Positions 34,701 through 35,439 of a DNA stretch of 35,439 nt are shown here, in pieces. The stretch spans positions 1 through 35,439 of the forward strand of contig JAUCBJ010002535.1 in the NCBI GenBank assembly GCA_032718475.1, in the 5' to 3' direction. The translations under genes were made by a program, and so were the position numbers. This DNA comes from Nemertoderma westbladi. Taxonomy: Eukaryota > Animalia > Xenacoelomorpha. The notes under the pieces were generated by a model. It was given only the letters and a program-made list of their open reading frames with translations, was not told the DNA's origin and did not search any database. Within the stretch, counting starts at the first letter, position 1, and each line of letters starts with the position of its first letter.

Positions 34701-35439
34701 GTCGGTAGTGCCTGCGCTATTGTAGTGATGTTGTATGATGCATTGAGTTCGTAAGGTGCATCCAGAGTCTTTAATACTATCAGCGCCTTTTCAACTTTAT
34801 TCGCGAAGGTTTTAATGCTGACAGGGTTATCCTGGAGTCTGCCTGATGTTATTCCCCTTAAGGTTTGTCGGAAAATCTTCGCAGGATGCCCGAATTCCCT
34901 GTCCAGGGCTCTCCATGCAGTCGTGAATCCTCCTTCAATACCTTGGTATTGTCTCACGATGTCATATGCTGGCCCCCCTGTGTAGACTTGTAAGTATTTA
35001 AGGCACTCCTCCTGCGTCAGATTCTTCATTAAGATTTCATTGCTGTACATGCGCCGGAATTGCAGATATTCCTCCGGCTTACTACCATCGAATTTGAAGG
35101 ACTCCACTGGTGGCAGCTCGATCCTAGTCTTCAACGCGTCGATGAGTGTTGCCATTCCCATCGCTTGTACTTCTAGCGCGCTCGATGGTAGAGATACAGA
35201 CTCCCTTGCTGTTGGGTGCGGTTTACCCTTCGGGCCTGTTGACTTTCCTTGTGTTGGATATATCATCGGGGGTAACGGTCCCCTCCGTGTCGCACGATTT
35301 ATTTGGGTCTGAGGGGTTTGCGATTTTTGTTCTTGGCTGCTTGTATTGCTGATACTGCAATGGGGGAATGTCACCCTGTCCCCCCCCCCCCCCCCCCCCC
35401 ACCGGTGTTATGTTTGGTACTGGGGTTGATGTTATCATG
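31733..35439 (-). mobile_element. BEL/Pao LTR retrotransposon internal region (gag, protease, RNase H-like), degenerate, runs off the window end
   Basis: Gag KFDGSKPEEYLQF; zinc knuckle CH*CAVGGHWKDEC; protease LVDSGA; TPFGWTLTGP; IYDPLGLASP; LHMFSDAS..AYGA; FVANRV; PADLLSRG; terminal TYRRAVGKCCLLE. Confidence 0.9.

Noticed and set aside
3955-35352. Numerous antisense ORFs over ABCC, GS, LINE, P and BEL coding regions
   Set aside because: Shadow frames of real coding sequence on the opposite strand.

Overview
AT-rich eukaryotic, animal-like genomic window with two host genes, both on the minus strand, embedded in dense transposon debris. (1) A short-type ABCC/MRP4-like transporter with a probable small first exon (8139-8321) and one giant exon (2694-6309) carrying a single frameshift near 5280. 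(2) A complete 5-exon type II glutamine synthetase (CDS 20991->15198, 365 aa, all splice phases consistent). The most unusual structure is in GS intron 2: the last ~59 nt of exon 2 plus its splice donor are amplified into a 70-bp tandem array, giving 22 CAG|GTAAAG sites in a row (18692-20224). Mobile DNA includes two RTE-type LINE families with (TAG)n tails and visible TSDs, a MULE-like MITE nested in a LINE, and a 3,950-bp P/THAP transposon (perfect 62-bp TIRs, 8-bp TSD) inserted in the probable LTR of a BEL/Pao derivative lacking RT and integrase cores. Also present are a minimal type I hammerhead ribozyme motif beside an 88-bp palindrome, several minisatellites, long G/C homopolymers and an apparent excess of TACAGTA/TACTGTA heptamers resembling Tc1/mariner footprints. 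All calls were made by eye, with no database searches; family names come from motif recognition.
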